Both the position numbers and the translations under genes were made by a program. From contig JBGARZ010000012.1 in the NCBI GenBank assembly GCA_044229975.1, forward strand, positions 32,001 to 96,000: a stretch of DNA of 64,000 nucleotides, read 5' to 3'. Under the pieces are notes generated by a model that was not told the origin of the DNA, did no database searches, and worked only from the letters and a program-made list of their open reading frames with translations. The DNA comes from Polyangiales bacterium. Its GTDB lineage: Bacteria > Myxococcota_A > Polyangia > Polyangiales > Ga0077539. Positions 52,136 through 62,400 of this stretch are shown here, piece after piece (the first letter of the stretch is position 1; every line of letters begins with the position of its first letter).

Positions 52136-52978
52136 TCACGTCACGGCGAAGGACTTCACCAGCGCCTTCATCAACGCGACGACGCGCGGGTTGCGGCGCT
52201 GATCGGGGTGGGTGAGGAGCCAGGCGGTGCGTTCGAGGTGGGCGACGGAGGCGCGGTGCGCGGTGAGCTCGACGAGGTCGGGGTTGGGCTCGGCGAGCAG
52301 GCGCGGGAGGAGGCCGAGGCCCACGCCGCGGGCGACGAGGGTGACGACGGCGTCGAAGGGCGCGCTGGTGGCGACGGGGGTGGCGTGCTCGCGCTCCCAG
52401 GCGGCTTCGGGCGACGAGCGCTCGGCGGCGCCGCGGACGACCCACACGGGCGCGGGCTGGCGGGCGATGGCCTCACGAGTCCCGAAGACGCCGAAGGGGA
52501 GGCGACGGAGGCGGCGGCCCCAGCAGCCGGTGGGCGGGCGGTTCATGATGCCGATGGCGAGGTCGACCTCGCGGTCGCGCACGCTGGGGCCGCTGTCGCC
52601 GAGGTGCAGCGAGACGCGCAGCGGGTGCTTCGCGGTGAGCTCGGCGATGGGCTCGACGAGGAAGGGCAGCAACGACTCGACGGTGGTGAGGCTGACCTCA
52701 CCGGCGAGGTCGGTGTCGCGCGCGCGGATGGCGCCGGTGGCGTCGGCGAGGGAGCGGCGGGTCTGTCGACCGACGCGCGCGAGGGAGGCGCCCACCTCGG
52801 TGAGCGCGGTGTCGCCGGCGCCGCGGACGATGCACGGCTGACCGACGGCGGCTTCGAGGGCCGAGATGCGGCGGTAGACCGTGGACGCGGAGAGCCCGAG
52901 CTCGCGGGCGGCCCCGCCGACGCTGCCGGTGCGCTCGACGGCTTCGAGGTAGCGAACGTCGTCCCAGACGATGCTCAT
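52136..52978 (-). CDS. LysR-family transcriptional regulator
   Basis: WDDVRYLEAVERTGSVGGAARELGLSASTVYRRISALE; DREVDLAI; GVGLGLLP; WLLTHPD. Confidence 0.93.
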   Translation of the reverse strand: MSIVWDDVRYLEAVERTGSVGGAARELGLSASTVYRRISALEAAVGQPCIVRGAGDTALTEVGASLARVGRQTRRSLADATGAIRARDTDLAGEVSLTTVESLLPFLVEPIAELTAKHPLRVSLHLGDSGPSVRDREVDLAIGIMNRPPTGCWGRRLRRLPFGVFGTREAIARQPAPVWVVRGAAERSSPEAAWEREHATPVATSAPFDAVVTLVARGVGLGLLPRLLAEPNPDLVELTAHRASVAHLERTAWLLTHPDQRRNPRVVALMKALVKSFAVT

Positions 52979-53034
52979 CGCGCGGGAGTCTACCCGAAGG
53001 CGGCGGGCGGCACGCCGTACTGTCGCCGGGGCGT

Positions 53035-53469
53035 TCAGGGGTGGGCCCGTCGGTGATGGGTGACGGAGTGCGCGGCCTGGATGGTGATGGAATCGGTCCA
53101 CATCTTGGCGCCGAAGCGGGGCGTCTGGGTGCGGCTGAAGCGGAGGGAGATCTCCTCGTCGCCGCGCGCGAAGACGTAGGTCGGGGTGGCCGGGTCGGCG
53201 TACGGCGACGGCGGGAGCTGCGACCAGCCGGCGTTGTTGAGACGCCCGATGGCGCGCACGGTGGCGGTGTTGAGCTTGTCGGCGCCGCCCCAGTACATGA
53301 GGGTGGCGCGGTCGCCGTACACGTAGCAGACGGGCGCGTCGTCGAGCGCGGCGCCGACGGGTGCGAGCGACGGGGGCAGGGTGCCGTGCTGGTCGCCGCA
53401 GGGGTTGGTGCGGCAGCCGGCGAGCGACGCGAGCGCGACGGCGAGGGCGGTGGCGGTGAGGGCTCTCAT
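53035..53469 (-). CDS. Small hypothetical lipoprotein
   Basis: MRALTATALAVALASLAGC lipobox. Confidence 0.75.
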   Translation of the reverse strand: MRALTATALAVALASLAGCRTNPCGDQHGTLPPSLAPVGAALDDAPVCYVYGDRATLMYWGGADKLNTATVRAIGRLNNAGWSQLPPSPYADPATPTYVFARGDEEISLRFSRTQTPRFGAKMWTDSITIQAAHSVTHHRRAHP

Positions 53470-53507
53470 GGGCGCCGGGTGTACGCCCGGCGAGGGCGCG
53501 GCGTCTG

Positions 53508-53541
53508 TTGCAGGAATGCGGATGGGATTGGCAGGGATGCG
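53508..53541. promoter_or_regulatory. Putative LysR binding sites (two related 13-mers, 21 bp apart)
   Basis: ttgcaggaatgcg (53508-53520) and tggcagggatgcg (53529-53541) upstream of the lipoprotein-lysR pair. Confidence 0.4.
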
Positions 53542-53574
53542 ACCCCCTAAGCCCTTTCGAGGTCGTCGCGCCCC

Positions 53575-54663
53575 TCAGAACGAGACCCGCACCGAGCCCC
53601 CTCCCGTGAACCCGCCCGCCTCCTGCAACCGCGCCCCGTAGCCCACACGCGCCAGCACCGTCAGGTGTCGCCCGAAGTGCCGCCCGCCCTCTGCCAGCAG
53701 CCGTAGGCCCCAGTCGTCGTTGGCGCCCGGCTGGCTCGTGAGCTCGATGCCCGCGCCCAGTGGCGTGTCCCGCGCCGTCTCCCAGCGCATCCACGCCGAC
53801 GCCGTCAGCCCGTAGTTGGTCACCCCCTGAAACCCGAGGCTCACCACCGCGGGCGTCCCCGTCCCGATGTCGAGCCGCACGCCGCCTCCGCCCTGCACCG
53901 CCACCTCGTTGGCGCCCAGCGTCCCGAGCAGGTGCAGCGACAGAACGTCCGCCAGGCGAAACTCCACCGACGCCGTCGCCGCCACGAGCCCCACGTCGCG
54001 CGTGCGCGGACCCTCCGCCGTGCTGCGCGTGGTCACCCCGTCGAGGCGGTCGACCCGCACCGCCACCGAGCGCACCCGCCGATAGAACCGATACCGAACC
54101 TCGCCCCAGAGCGTGTACCAGCGGTCGGGGCACCGCCCGCCCGAGGCCGCGCCGCAGCGCTCGCCGTTGGTGTCCACCGCCGATCCGAAGTCGGTGTACT
54201 CGCCGCCCGCGGTCATCTCCAAGCGACGACCGCGGTTGCGCGTCAGCTCGATCAGCTCGGTCTCGTCGCCCTCCTCCGGGCGCAGCGCCACGCGGTGCGG
54301 CGACGCCTCCGACGCGAAGCTCGCGCGGGTGGTTCCGTCGGTGGTCTCGACCGTCACGTAGTAGTCCAGCCAGCGCGCCGTGATGGGCTGCTCGGGCAGG
54401 TCGACCCGCCACGCCATGGCGTCCCGAACGGCCACCGCCGAGCGCCACGTCGGCGACCCCGACGCGCGCCAACGAACCACGAGACGAGCGACGCGTTCGA
54501 GGTGGCGCACGCCGAAGCGCAGCACCAGCGGCTCGCGGGTGAGCGCGGCCGCGACGGGCGCGTGCTCGATGGTGGGGACGTCGGGCGGCGTCTGCGCGAG
54601 CGCAGGGACACCGACCAGACAGAGCGCGAAGGACAGGGCAACGGATCGCATCGGTTTCCTCAC
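53575..54663 (-). CDS. Exported protein: Ig-like domain + probable beta-barrel
   Basis: Signal peptide; IEHAPV..LDYYV domain; amphipathic strands ending VRVSF. Confidence 0.7.
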   Translation of the reverse strand: MRKPMRSVALSFALCLVGVPALAQTPPDVPTIEHAPVAAALTREPLVLRFGVRHLERVARLVVRWRASGSPTWRSAVAVRDAMAWRVDLPEQPITARWLDYYVTVETTDGTTRASFASEASPHRVALRPEEGDETELIELTRNRGRRLEMTAGGEYTDFGSAVDTNGERCGAASGGRCPDRWYTLWGEVRYRFYRRVRSVAVRVDRLDGVTTRSTAEGPRTRDVGLVAATASVEFRLADVLSLHLLGTLGANEVAVQGGGGVRLDIGTGTPAVVSLGFQGVTNYGLTASAWMRWETARDTPLGAGIELTSQPGANDDWGLRLLAEGGRHFGRHLTVLARVGYGARLQEAGGFTGGGSVRVSF

Positions 54664-56315
54664 CAGTCGAAGGTCGTGGAGAGCCCGGCGCCGAAGCCGC
54701 CGTTCTCGATGTTGCGGAGCTGGTACGAGCCGCGGGCGGCGATGGTGAACCAGTCGGTCGCGCGCCAGCCGATCTGCGCCACCACGCGAAACATCGGGTC
54801 GCCCGACGCGATGGACTGATTGAACACCTCCCCCTGCGCGAGCATCGGCAGCCGCGCATGGGGATGGAAGTTGAGCGCGAAGAAGGCCTTCTGCCCGACC
54901 TCCGTCAGCACGTCGCCGCCGAGCACCAGGTTGGTGCGCCGTTCGTACCCGATGCGGATGCGCGCCTGCGCTCCGCCGACCAGTCCCCCGCGGTGCACCC
55001 CCACCTGCCCCCGCGCGATGAGATGAACAAACTCCGACGGTGAAAACTCCAGCTCGTGATAGCCGTACGCCACCGTCGAGGGCATCGACTCCGCGTCGCT
55101 CGTGAGCCGCGACAACGGCAACCCCTCGCCGTTGAAGACACCAAAGCCCACGCGATATCCGTAGAGGGCGCGGGTCTGGAGGCGCTGGAGGAAATCCCCC
55201 TCCACCAGCACGAAGCGCTGCGCCACGAAGCGTGATCCGATGGTGCGTGATCCGACGTCGGCGTAGTCGGCGCGCAGGTCGATGCGGGTGCGTCCGCGCG
55301 GGTCGGGCGCATCACCGGGGCCGCGCTCGACCTCGACGCGCAGCGGGTGGTCGGCGCTTCCGAGGATGGGCATCGCGGCGCCTCCCTCCACGTCGACCTC
55401 GACGAAGTACTCGAAGCCGTCGAGGGTCACGAGCGACGCTGGGATCTCCGCGCGCAGGAAGTCGTCGCCGTCGCGCGTGAGGGTCTGCGTGGTGTAGCGC
55501 TCGGCGCCCGGTCGACGCGCCGACACCCGACCGCCGAGCACTGGGACACCCGTCACCTGCAACGCCACCCGCGCGGCGTCACCCAGGCGCAGCGTGTCGG
55601 CCATCGCACCGCGCGTGAGCGGATACGGCGACGCCTGCACCGGCAGCGGCGGCGCGGTCGGCGGCGCGGCGCGGAGGGCGTTGATCTCCGCGCGCACACG
55701 GTCGGCCCACGGGGAGGAGCGTTGGGTGTTGAGGTAGGCCGTCCAGCGCAGCGCGCGCTCTTCGGGCGGGCGACCGAGGGTCGAGAGGAAGGTGGTGAGC
55801 AGCGCGCGTTCTTCGCTGGAGACACCGGGCGCGGCGACGGCGGCGGTCGGATGCGCGGGCGTCGTGGCGGGGGGCGTAGGACCGGTGGCGGCGGCTGCGG
55901 TAGCGGCAGATGGTGTCGCCACGGCGACGGCACGCGCCGGTCTCGGCGGCGGCGGAAGTGCGTCGGGCGCGACGACCCGATCGCCCACCGCGGGCGGGCG
56001 CAGGAGCCCTTCGGAGTGGCGCAGCACCGTGAGCGAATCGCCCACGCTGTAGACCTGCACCGAGCCCAGCGGATAGCGGTCGCGCAGGCTCTGCCCGGTG
56101 ATGGGATGGCGCACCGTGAGCGGGCGCCACAGCGGGACGCGCTGGCCCTCGGTGAGCCCCGCGTCGCGCCCCAGGTCGACGACCAGCAGGTCGCGGTCGA
56201 CGCGGACGACGGTTCCTTCTCCGGGTGGTTGCGCGGGTGCTTGTTGGGCGGATGCGAAGCGGGTGACGGTCACCATCGCCGCAGCGAGGCACCGCCCCCA
56301 ACGGGTGCGTGTCAT
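54660..56315 (-). CDS. Exported protein: FlgT-C-like domain + Ig-like domain + probable beta-barrel
   Basis: Signal; GTVVRVD..VVDLG..GL..G..HPITG; FEYFVEV; C-terminus STTFDW; GTGA overlap with downstream gene. Confidence 0.7.
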   Translation of the reverse strand: MTRTRWGRCLAAAMVTVTRFASAQQAPAQPPGEGTVVRVDRDLLVVDLGRDAGLTEGQRVPLWRPLTVRHPITGQSLRDRYPLGSVQVYSVGDSLTVLRHSEGLLRPPAVGDRVVAPDALPPPPRPARAVAVATPSAATAAAATGPTPPATTPAHPTAAVAAPGVSSEERALLTTFLSTLGRPPEERALRWTAYLNTQRSSPWADRVRAEINALRAAPPTAPPLPVQASPYPLTRGAMADTLRLGDAARVALQVTGVPVLGGRVSARRPGAERYTTQTLTRDGDDFLRAEIPASLVTLDGFEYFVEVDVEGGAAMPILGSADHPLRVEVERGPGDAPDPRGRTRIDLRADYADVGSRTIGSRFVAQRFVLVEGDFLQRLQTRALYGYRVGFGVFNGEGLPLSRLTSDAESMPSTVAYGYHELEFSPSEFVHLIARGQVGVHRGGLVGGAQARIRIGYERRTNLVLGGDVLTEVGQKAFFALNFHPHARLPMLAQGEVFNQSIASGDPMFRVVAQIGWRATDWFTIAARGSYQLRNIENGGFGAGLSTTFDW

Positions 56316-56372
56316 CGAAGACCTCCACGGCGACGAAGTGCAGTCGTCGTGCCGCGGAGAGCGAGCGATGGG

Positions 56373-58007
56373 CTACGGCGTCAGGCAGCCCAGGTTGCGA
56401 TCCCAGAACTCGTTGGTGATGAGGTTGTCGGGATCGACCTGTTGCTTGATGGCGCGCAGCTCGCGCACACGATCGGCATACATGAGGTCGAGTTCGAGGG
56501 CGTCGGCCTCGACGGTCTTGGCCAGGTAGATGCGGCCCCCGAGGCGGGCGCACTCCACGGAGAGCTCGCGGTACATGTCCCGGGTGCACGCCCAGCGCTC
56601 GCCGTTGCGATCGAGGTACGCGACGGTGACCACCATCACGCGGTCGTCGCGGGTCGCCGAGAGCGGGTGCCGTCGCAGGTCTTGCGGGGCGAAGAGCAGG
56701 TCGACCAGCGCGGGGTAGTGGGCCTCGCGACGGACGCGCTCGTCGAGGCGACGGAGAAACTCCTGGGCGTTTTCGGGGGGCATGCAAAACGCCTGTTCGA
56801 CGGCGGTCATGCGCCAGCGGGGCGCGGCGAAGTTTCGCGCGCGCTGGTCGGCGTCCTGGAAGAACGTGAAGTCGTCGACGTCGTCGTAGGCCTGCGGGGT
56901 GCAACGGCTGAGGAGGAAGTTGACGTCCTGGAGAGACGCCTCGCCGCCCGGCTCGATAAAGCCGAACTCGCCGAACACGCGGATGAACCCGTCGCGCTGG
57001 TTGAGCAGGCCCGTGCGTTGTCCCGCCGCTTGGGGGAGGTACTTGAGGCGCGAGACCAGGCCGCGCATCGTGCGACCCGGATCACGGGCCCACCAGATGG
57101 TCCCGAAGATGCCGTCGATGATCGCCCCGTTGTCGTCCCCGACGCCGTGGCCGCAAACCACTGGCGGTTCCAACCGCGGGCGCTTGGAGTCGTCGCGCAG
57201 CTCCTGGAGAAACGTCCCCACGGCTTCGTTGTTGGCGACGGTGCGGCCGAGTTCGAGCACACGGGTCGTCGTCTCGATACAGATCGGCGTGCCCGGCGGT
57301 GCCACGCGGCGCAGCGCGTACTTCGCGCTCGTCACCACGCCGAGGTAGCCCTGCGCGCCAGGGACCGCGAGGAAGAGCTTGTGCTCCAGGCTGTCCGCGG
57401 CCTGGTTGGCGTGGCAGTCGTAGACGTGGCCGTCGACGCCGACGAGGGTGAACTGCTTGAGGTAGCGCTCCTCGCGGCCCCAGCGCGCGGCCATGCGCGA
57501 GAAGGTGTTGGCCGCCAGACTCCCGCCCACGCGGATGTACGACGCCGACGGCATGCAGTACGGCACGAGCCCGAGCGGGACGGTGTGGTCGAGCACCTGC
57601 TGCCAGGTGGCCCCGCCGCCCACGACGAGCATCGGCTCGCAGGGGTCGTCGGGGTACACCCACACCTGCTGGAACGATGGGTTGTCCAGCATGATGACCG
57701 TGTCGTCGTTGAGCGACTGCCGATCGAGCGCGGCCCCGCCGCCCCGGAAGGTCACCCGCCGCCCGTGGCGCGGCAGCTCGTGCAGGGTCTGCCGCAGGTC
57801 GTTGAGGTCGCGCGGGCGCACCACCGTCGACCGCGAGTAGTCCATGTTGTTGTACGACCAGAGGAGTTCGCGACACGACGGGTCGGCCTCGCGGCCGGCG
57901 TAACACCGCGGCGGCCGGTTGAGGGCCGGCACGCATGCCGCCGGGAGCGCGCCGAGTACGCCCAGCCAGCGCCGCCGCGACGGTGATTCGAGGTCAGTAG
58001 GCTTCAT
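56373..58007 (-). CDS. Tat-exported FAD-linked oxidoreductase (VAO/PCMH family; DprE1/ALO-like)
   Basis: SRRRWL Tat motif + LPAAC; FRGGG, VGGSLAAN, GAQGYLGVVT, GGRIYLAK, VDPDNL; the 796-aa track ORF is over-extended. Confidence 0.85.
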   Translation of the reverse strand: MKPTDLESPSRRRWLGVLGALPAACVPALNRPPRCYAGREADPSCRELLWSYNNMDYSRSTVVRPRDLNDLRQTLHELPRHGRRVTFRGGGAALDRQSLNDDTVIMLDNPSFQQVWVYPDDPCEPMLVVGGGATWQQVLDHTVPLGLVPYCMPSASYIRVGGSLAANTFSRMAARWGREERYLKQFTLVGVDGHVYDCHANQAADSLEHKLFLAVPGAQGYLGVVTSAKYALRRVAPPGTPICIETTTRVLELGRTVANNEAVGTFLQELRDDSKRPRLEPPVVCGHGVGDDNGAIIDGIFGTIWWARDPGRTMRGLVSRLKYLPQAAGQRTGLLNQRDGFIRVFGEFGFIEPGGEASLQDVNFLLSRCTPQAYDDVDDFTFFQDADQRARNFAAPRWRMTAVEQAFCMPPENAQEFLRRLDERVRREAHYPALVDLLFAPQDLRRHPLSATRDDRVMVVTVAYLDRNGERWACTRDMYRELSVECARLGGRIYLAKTVEADALELDLMYADRVRELRAIKQQVDPDNLITNEFWDRNLGCLTP

Positions 58008-59454
58008 TGGAGTGGGGTCTCCCTTCGACGGGAAGTGGCGCGCTCCCGGCGTCGGCGGGCGGCGCGCTGGCGGGCGGCGCGCCCGCGTCGGCCTGGTCGA
58101 GGCACGCACGGTCGGGAACCACCGGGGCGCCCATGAAGGGACAGCCGCGGCGCTCAGACTCGCGGGCCATGCGCTCGCCCGCCGGGGTACACGGGCAGGC
58201 GTCGCGTACGTCGGGCACGCGGTCGTGGTCGTGGTCCGCGTCGGGGCAGCCGTCGTCGTCGTCGAGGTTGTTGCGGTCTTCGGCGAGCGTGGGGCACTGG
58301 TCGGCCGGGAAGCGCAGGTTGTCGTGGTCGGGGTCGTCGTACTCGTCGGGGCAGCCGTGGGTGACGGCCGGACCCGGGACACCGAGACACCGATCGGCGT
58401 TGTCGCCCACGCCGTCGTGGTCTTCGTCGTTGGGGGGCTGCCACTGCACGCCGACGGTGACGCGGTAGTTGCCCTCGAAGAAGCCGCCGACGCCCCACGA
58501 TCCGCCCGCGGTGACGGTGAAGCTCCCGAAGCGGCGCTGCGAGCCGAAGCCGAACTCCATGGAGGCGGGCGCGCCGAAGGGGTCTCTGCCGTCGAGCGAG
58601 GCGACGAAGGTGAAGTACGGCGAGCCGATGGAGTTCTCGGTGAGGAACGTGAGGATGGTGCCGAGGTCGGCGAGGATGTGGACGGCCTTGTGGATGCCAC
58701 CGAGCGCGCCGAGGAGCGCGCCGATGGGGTGCCGAACGCCCACGGACACGAACAGACGATCACGCAGGGCGAGCGCTGGGAGGGACATGGCAGCGGGCGT
58801 GCGGAAGAAGACGTCCTGCGCGGGCCAGTCGTCGAAGCCGGTGAGGTACCCCGCGGAGAACACCGCCCCGTAGCGAAACGAGCGCACCTCGAAGGTCGCG
58901 TCGAGCCGCACCGTGGGCGCCGCGTGGCCTGTGAATGGGACGTTCGCGGTCGGCGCGGTGCCCGCGAGCGACAGCGCGAAGCCGACGTCCCAGTTGTGCG
59001 AGCACTCCCCCTGGCCGCAGAACCTGGTCTGGTCGAGGGTCGGGCCGAGCGTGCTCGCCATCGACCGCGGGGCCCAGCGCAGCAGGGCGCGCACGTCCCC
59101 GAGGCCCCCGGACGTCTGCTCCACCCCGAAGGTGGACTGGTACCCCACCACCGGGATCTGTATCCCGAGCGCGACGTGCGCGGGAAAACCCAACTGCGCG
59201 CTGAAGGTCTGGAGGAAGCGCCCGCTGACGCGGTTTCTCACCGGATCGTCGAGCCACTCCAGGAAGAGGCCGACGTTCACCTGGCCCGCCCCAGGCACCG
59301 CGGTCCCCTCGATGACGGGCATCGACGACGGGTCGAGGGAGAGCGTCGGCACCCACAGGGCGCCCTGCCGCTTCAAGCGCTCCGTCTGCGCCGCGGCCCC
59401 CGATGACGCCAGCGCCAGCGCCAGCGCGACCCGCACCGCGACCCGCGCGTTCAC
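57994..59454 (-). CDS. Outer-membrane protein with thrombospondin type-3-like Ca-binding repeats
   Basis: Signal peptide; beta-rich N-terminal part; DxDxDGV.D..D.C, DGCPD repeats; no OmpA_C domain seen. Confidence 0.75.
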   Translation of the reverse strand: MNARVAVRVALALALASSGAAAQTERLKRQGALWVPTLSLDPSSMPVIEGTAVPGAGQVNVGLFLEWLDDPVRNRVSGRFLQTFSAQLGFPAHVALGIQIPVVGYQSTFGVEQTSGGLGDVRALLRWAPRSMASTLGPTLDQTRFCGQGECSHNWDVGFALSLAGTAPTANVPFTGHAAPTVRLDATFEVRSFRYGAVFSAGYLTGFDDWPAQDVFFRTPAAMSLPALALRDRLFVSVGVRHPIGALLGALGGIHKAVHILADLGTILTFLTENSIGSPYFTFVASLDGRDPFGAPASMEFGFGSQRRFGSFTVTAGGSWGVGGFFEGNYRVTVGVQWQPPNDEDHDGVGDNADRCLGVPGPAVTHGCPDEYDDPDHDNLRFPADQCPTLAEDRNNLDDDDGCPDADHDHDRVPDVRDACPCTPAGERMARESERRGCPFMGAPVVPDRACLDQADAGAPPASAPPADAGSAPLPVEGRPHSNEAY

Positions 59455-62400
59455 AACGCCACCGGCGCCAGCATCGAGGCCATGCGCCCGGCGTTCACCA
59501 CGCCCTCGCTGGTCATCACCGCGTCCGCCGCCGCGACCGCCGCCGCGTCACCATCCAGCGAAGCGCGCAGCCGCCTCGCCACCGTCGCATGCACCCGCAT
59601 CTCCGCCGCATCCAGCAGCCGCGCCGACCGCGCCGCCGCGTCCGACGCCGCCGCGCGCTCGCCCCGCAGCGACGCCACGCCCGCCCGCAGCAGCGACGCC
59701 AGACCGTCGCCCCACAGTGACTTCTCGCGCTCGCACCGGGCCGCGTCGGAGGCCGCCACGCGGGCGTACCACCACCGCGCCGAGGCGCTGTCCGCCGCGA
59801 GCGCCGCCGCGAGCGCCGCCCTTCCCCGCAGGTAGCGCATCTGGATGCGAAACGCCTGCACCTGCAACAGCAGCGAGCGCTCCAGGGCCCACCAGCGATC
59901 GTCGAGCGCGCGCCACGCCTCGGCCCCGCGGCCCTCGTACAGCGCGACCTCCACGGTCTCGTGCAGCTCGACGAGGTGCACCGAGTGGAAGCCCGCCTGC
60001 GACCAGTCCTTCGCGCGCCGCAGTCCGCGCTTCGCCCGCGCCGGGTCGTCTGCCGCGAGGCCCGCCACGCACTCGAAGCGAATCGACGCGAGCGTCTCGG
60101 TGTAGCGGTCGCCGCGCTCGCGGGCGTCGGCGAGCATGTGGGGCAGCTCGGCCAGCAGCGCCGACCAGTCGCCGAGGTAGTAGCGCGCGTCGAGGCGGAA
60201 GATCATCGCGGTGCTGCGCTCCCACGCGACGCCGCTGCACCGCTGGTCGATGACCTCGAAGGCCCGCCCGAAGGCCGCGGCGGCGAGGGCCCAGCGCCCG
60301 GCGCCCCAGCTCGACACGCCCTCCATCACCTCGACCAGCGCGAGCGCGTCGGGGTTGTCGATGCGCTCGGCGAGGCCGCGGGCGTCGCGGAGCATGCGGG
60401 CCGCGTGGGCGCGCGAACCGGGGCCCGCCATCGCGTGGAAGCCCGCCTCCATGGACAGCGCCTGCGAGAGCCGCGCAGGCTCGCCCAGGTCGAGCGCGAG
60501 CAGGAGGCTGAGCGAGTGCAGGCTCGCGGCGCGCGCCACGTCGATGACCGAGATGCCCGCGGCGACCGACCAGCACGCGTCGAAGCGGGCGAGCCGCGCG
60601 GGGTCGCAGTCGGCGGCGCTGCGAGGAGTGAAGGACGTCCCGCGGGCGACGACGCGGGCGCGGTGGGTGACGAGGGAGACGAGGCTGCGGGCGGTGGTCG
60701 ACGGCAGCGCGACGCCCACCGCGTCGAGCACGCGCGTGGCGACGGCGATGCCCTCGTCGATGTAGCCCGAGCGCAGGAGCTGCTCGGCGGCGTGGCGCTC
60801 GCGGTCGACGCGCTCGTCGGCGGGAGCGCCCTCGGCGGCGGCGAGCCACGCCTCGGCGGAGTCTCTCCCGCGGCCCGCGTCGGAGAGCGCGAGGGCGAGG
60901 TCGCGCTGCAACGCGCGGTGCTCGGCGGCGGCGTGGCGACCGAGAGCGAGCGCCTGGCGGTAGAGCCGCGCGGCGTGGTCGAAGGCGAGGGCGTCGGAGG
61001 CGCGTCGCGCCGCGAGGGCGGCGAAGTGGGCGGCGCGGTCGGTGGCGCCCGCGGCGAGGTGGTGGGTGTAGAGCACCTCGGGCTCGGGGTCGCGCTCGGA
61101 CTCCCACGCGAGCGCGAGGCGGGCGTGGGCGGCGCGGACGTCGGCGGCGGAGAGGCCCGCGGTGATGGCCTCGCGGATGCGGTCGTGGAAGGTGATGAGC
61201 AGCGCGCCGTCCTCGCCGAGGGAGCGCACGAGGCTGCCCGAGCGGAGCACCGAGAGGGAGGCATACGCGCCCGCGGCGCCGACCGCACGGAAGGCGACGG
61301 AGGTGGGCAGCGCACCACCCGCGAGAGCGACCACCTCGACGAGCCGGCGAGCCGACTCGGGGACGCGGGCGACGCGGGCGCGCACCACGTCGTCGAGGGA
61401 GAGGCGCGGGGCGAGCGGCCCGGCTTCGTGGAGGTGGCGGCCGAGCTCCATGATGAAGAAGGGGTTGCCGAGCGACTCCTCCGCGACGCGGCGCGCGGCC
61501 TCGGGGTCATCGCGCCCGAGGCTGAGGGTGGCGAGGGCGCTGCACGCGGCGGCGGGGAGGGCAGCGAGGTCGAGCGCGCGGGCGTCGAGACCAAGCGGAT
61601 CGTCGAGGAGCATCCGCACGCAGGGGTTGGTGGCGCGGCCCTCCGGGCGATACGACACGATGAGCTGCAGCGTGCGCAGAGCGCCCGGGCGGAGGAGCTC
61701 GCGGAGGAGCTCGGCGCTGTCGGCGTCGGCCCAGTGGAGGTCGTCGATGGCGATGACCACCGGGCGCTCGGCGGCGACCCGTTGGATGAGCGCGCGCAGC
61801 CCCGCGGCGGCGGCGCGGCGGATCTCCCACGGGTCGATGGCGATGGACCCGGAGCGGAAGCGCGCGGGCACGAGGCCCGGCACCGACGCGAGGCTGGGGA
61901 AGAGCCGGGTGATGGTGGTGGCGGCCTGGGAGAGCGCGGCGTCGACGGTGTCGGGGTTGTCGCGGAGGCGGGCGGAGAGTTCTTCGATGACGCCTTCGAG
62001 GGCGTTGTAGGGGACGGACTCGCGCTCGTAGCAGCGGCCGCTCAGTACGAGGGCGCTGCGGTCGGCGTGGAGGGCCGAGAGGTGCTGCTGCACGAGCGCG
62101 CTCTTGCCGATGCCCGACGGGCCCGAGACGGTGACGAGCGCGGGGGTTCCGCGCGCGGCGACGGCGAAGGAGGCGCTGAGGGCGGCGACCTCGGGCTCGC
62201 GGCCGAGGAGGCCGGGCGCCGCGGGGCGGGGACGAGCGGGGGGTGGCGCGACGCCGTGGCCGAGGGCGCGCAGCACGTCGGCGCCGGTGGGTCGCGCGGC
62301 GGGCTCGGACGCGAGGAGCGCGGCGCAGAGAGCGGAGAGGTCGGCGGGCGCTTCGGGCGCGTAGAGGCGCGGGTCGGGCGGGGCGGCGAAGTTCTTGCGG

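Noticed and set aside
52136..54859. 907-aa LysR fusion ORF (likewise 56373-58763, 50528-52135, 3506-5146, 22832-23944)
   Set aside because: Upstream extensions overlap other real genes in different frames; true starts are internal
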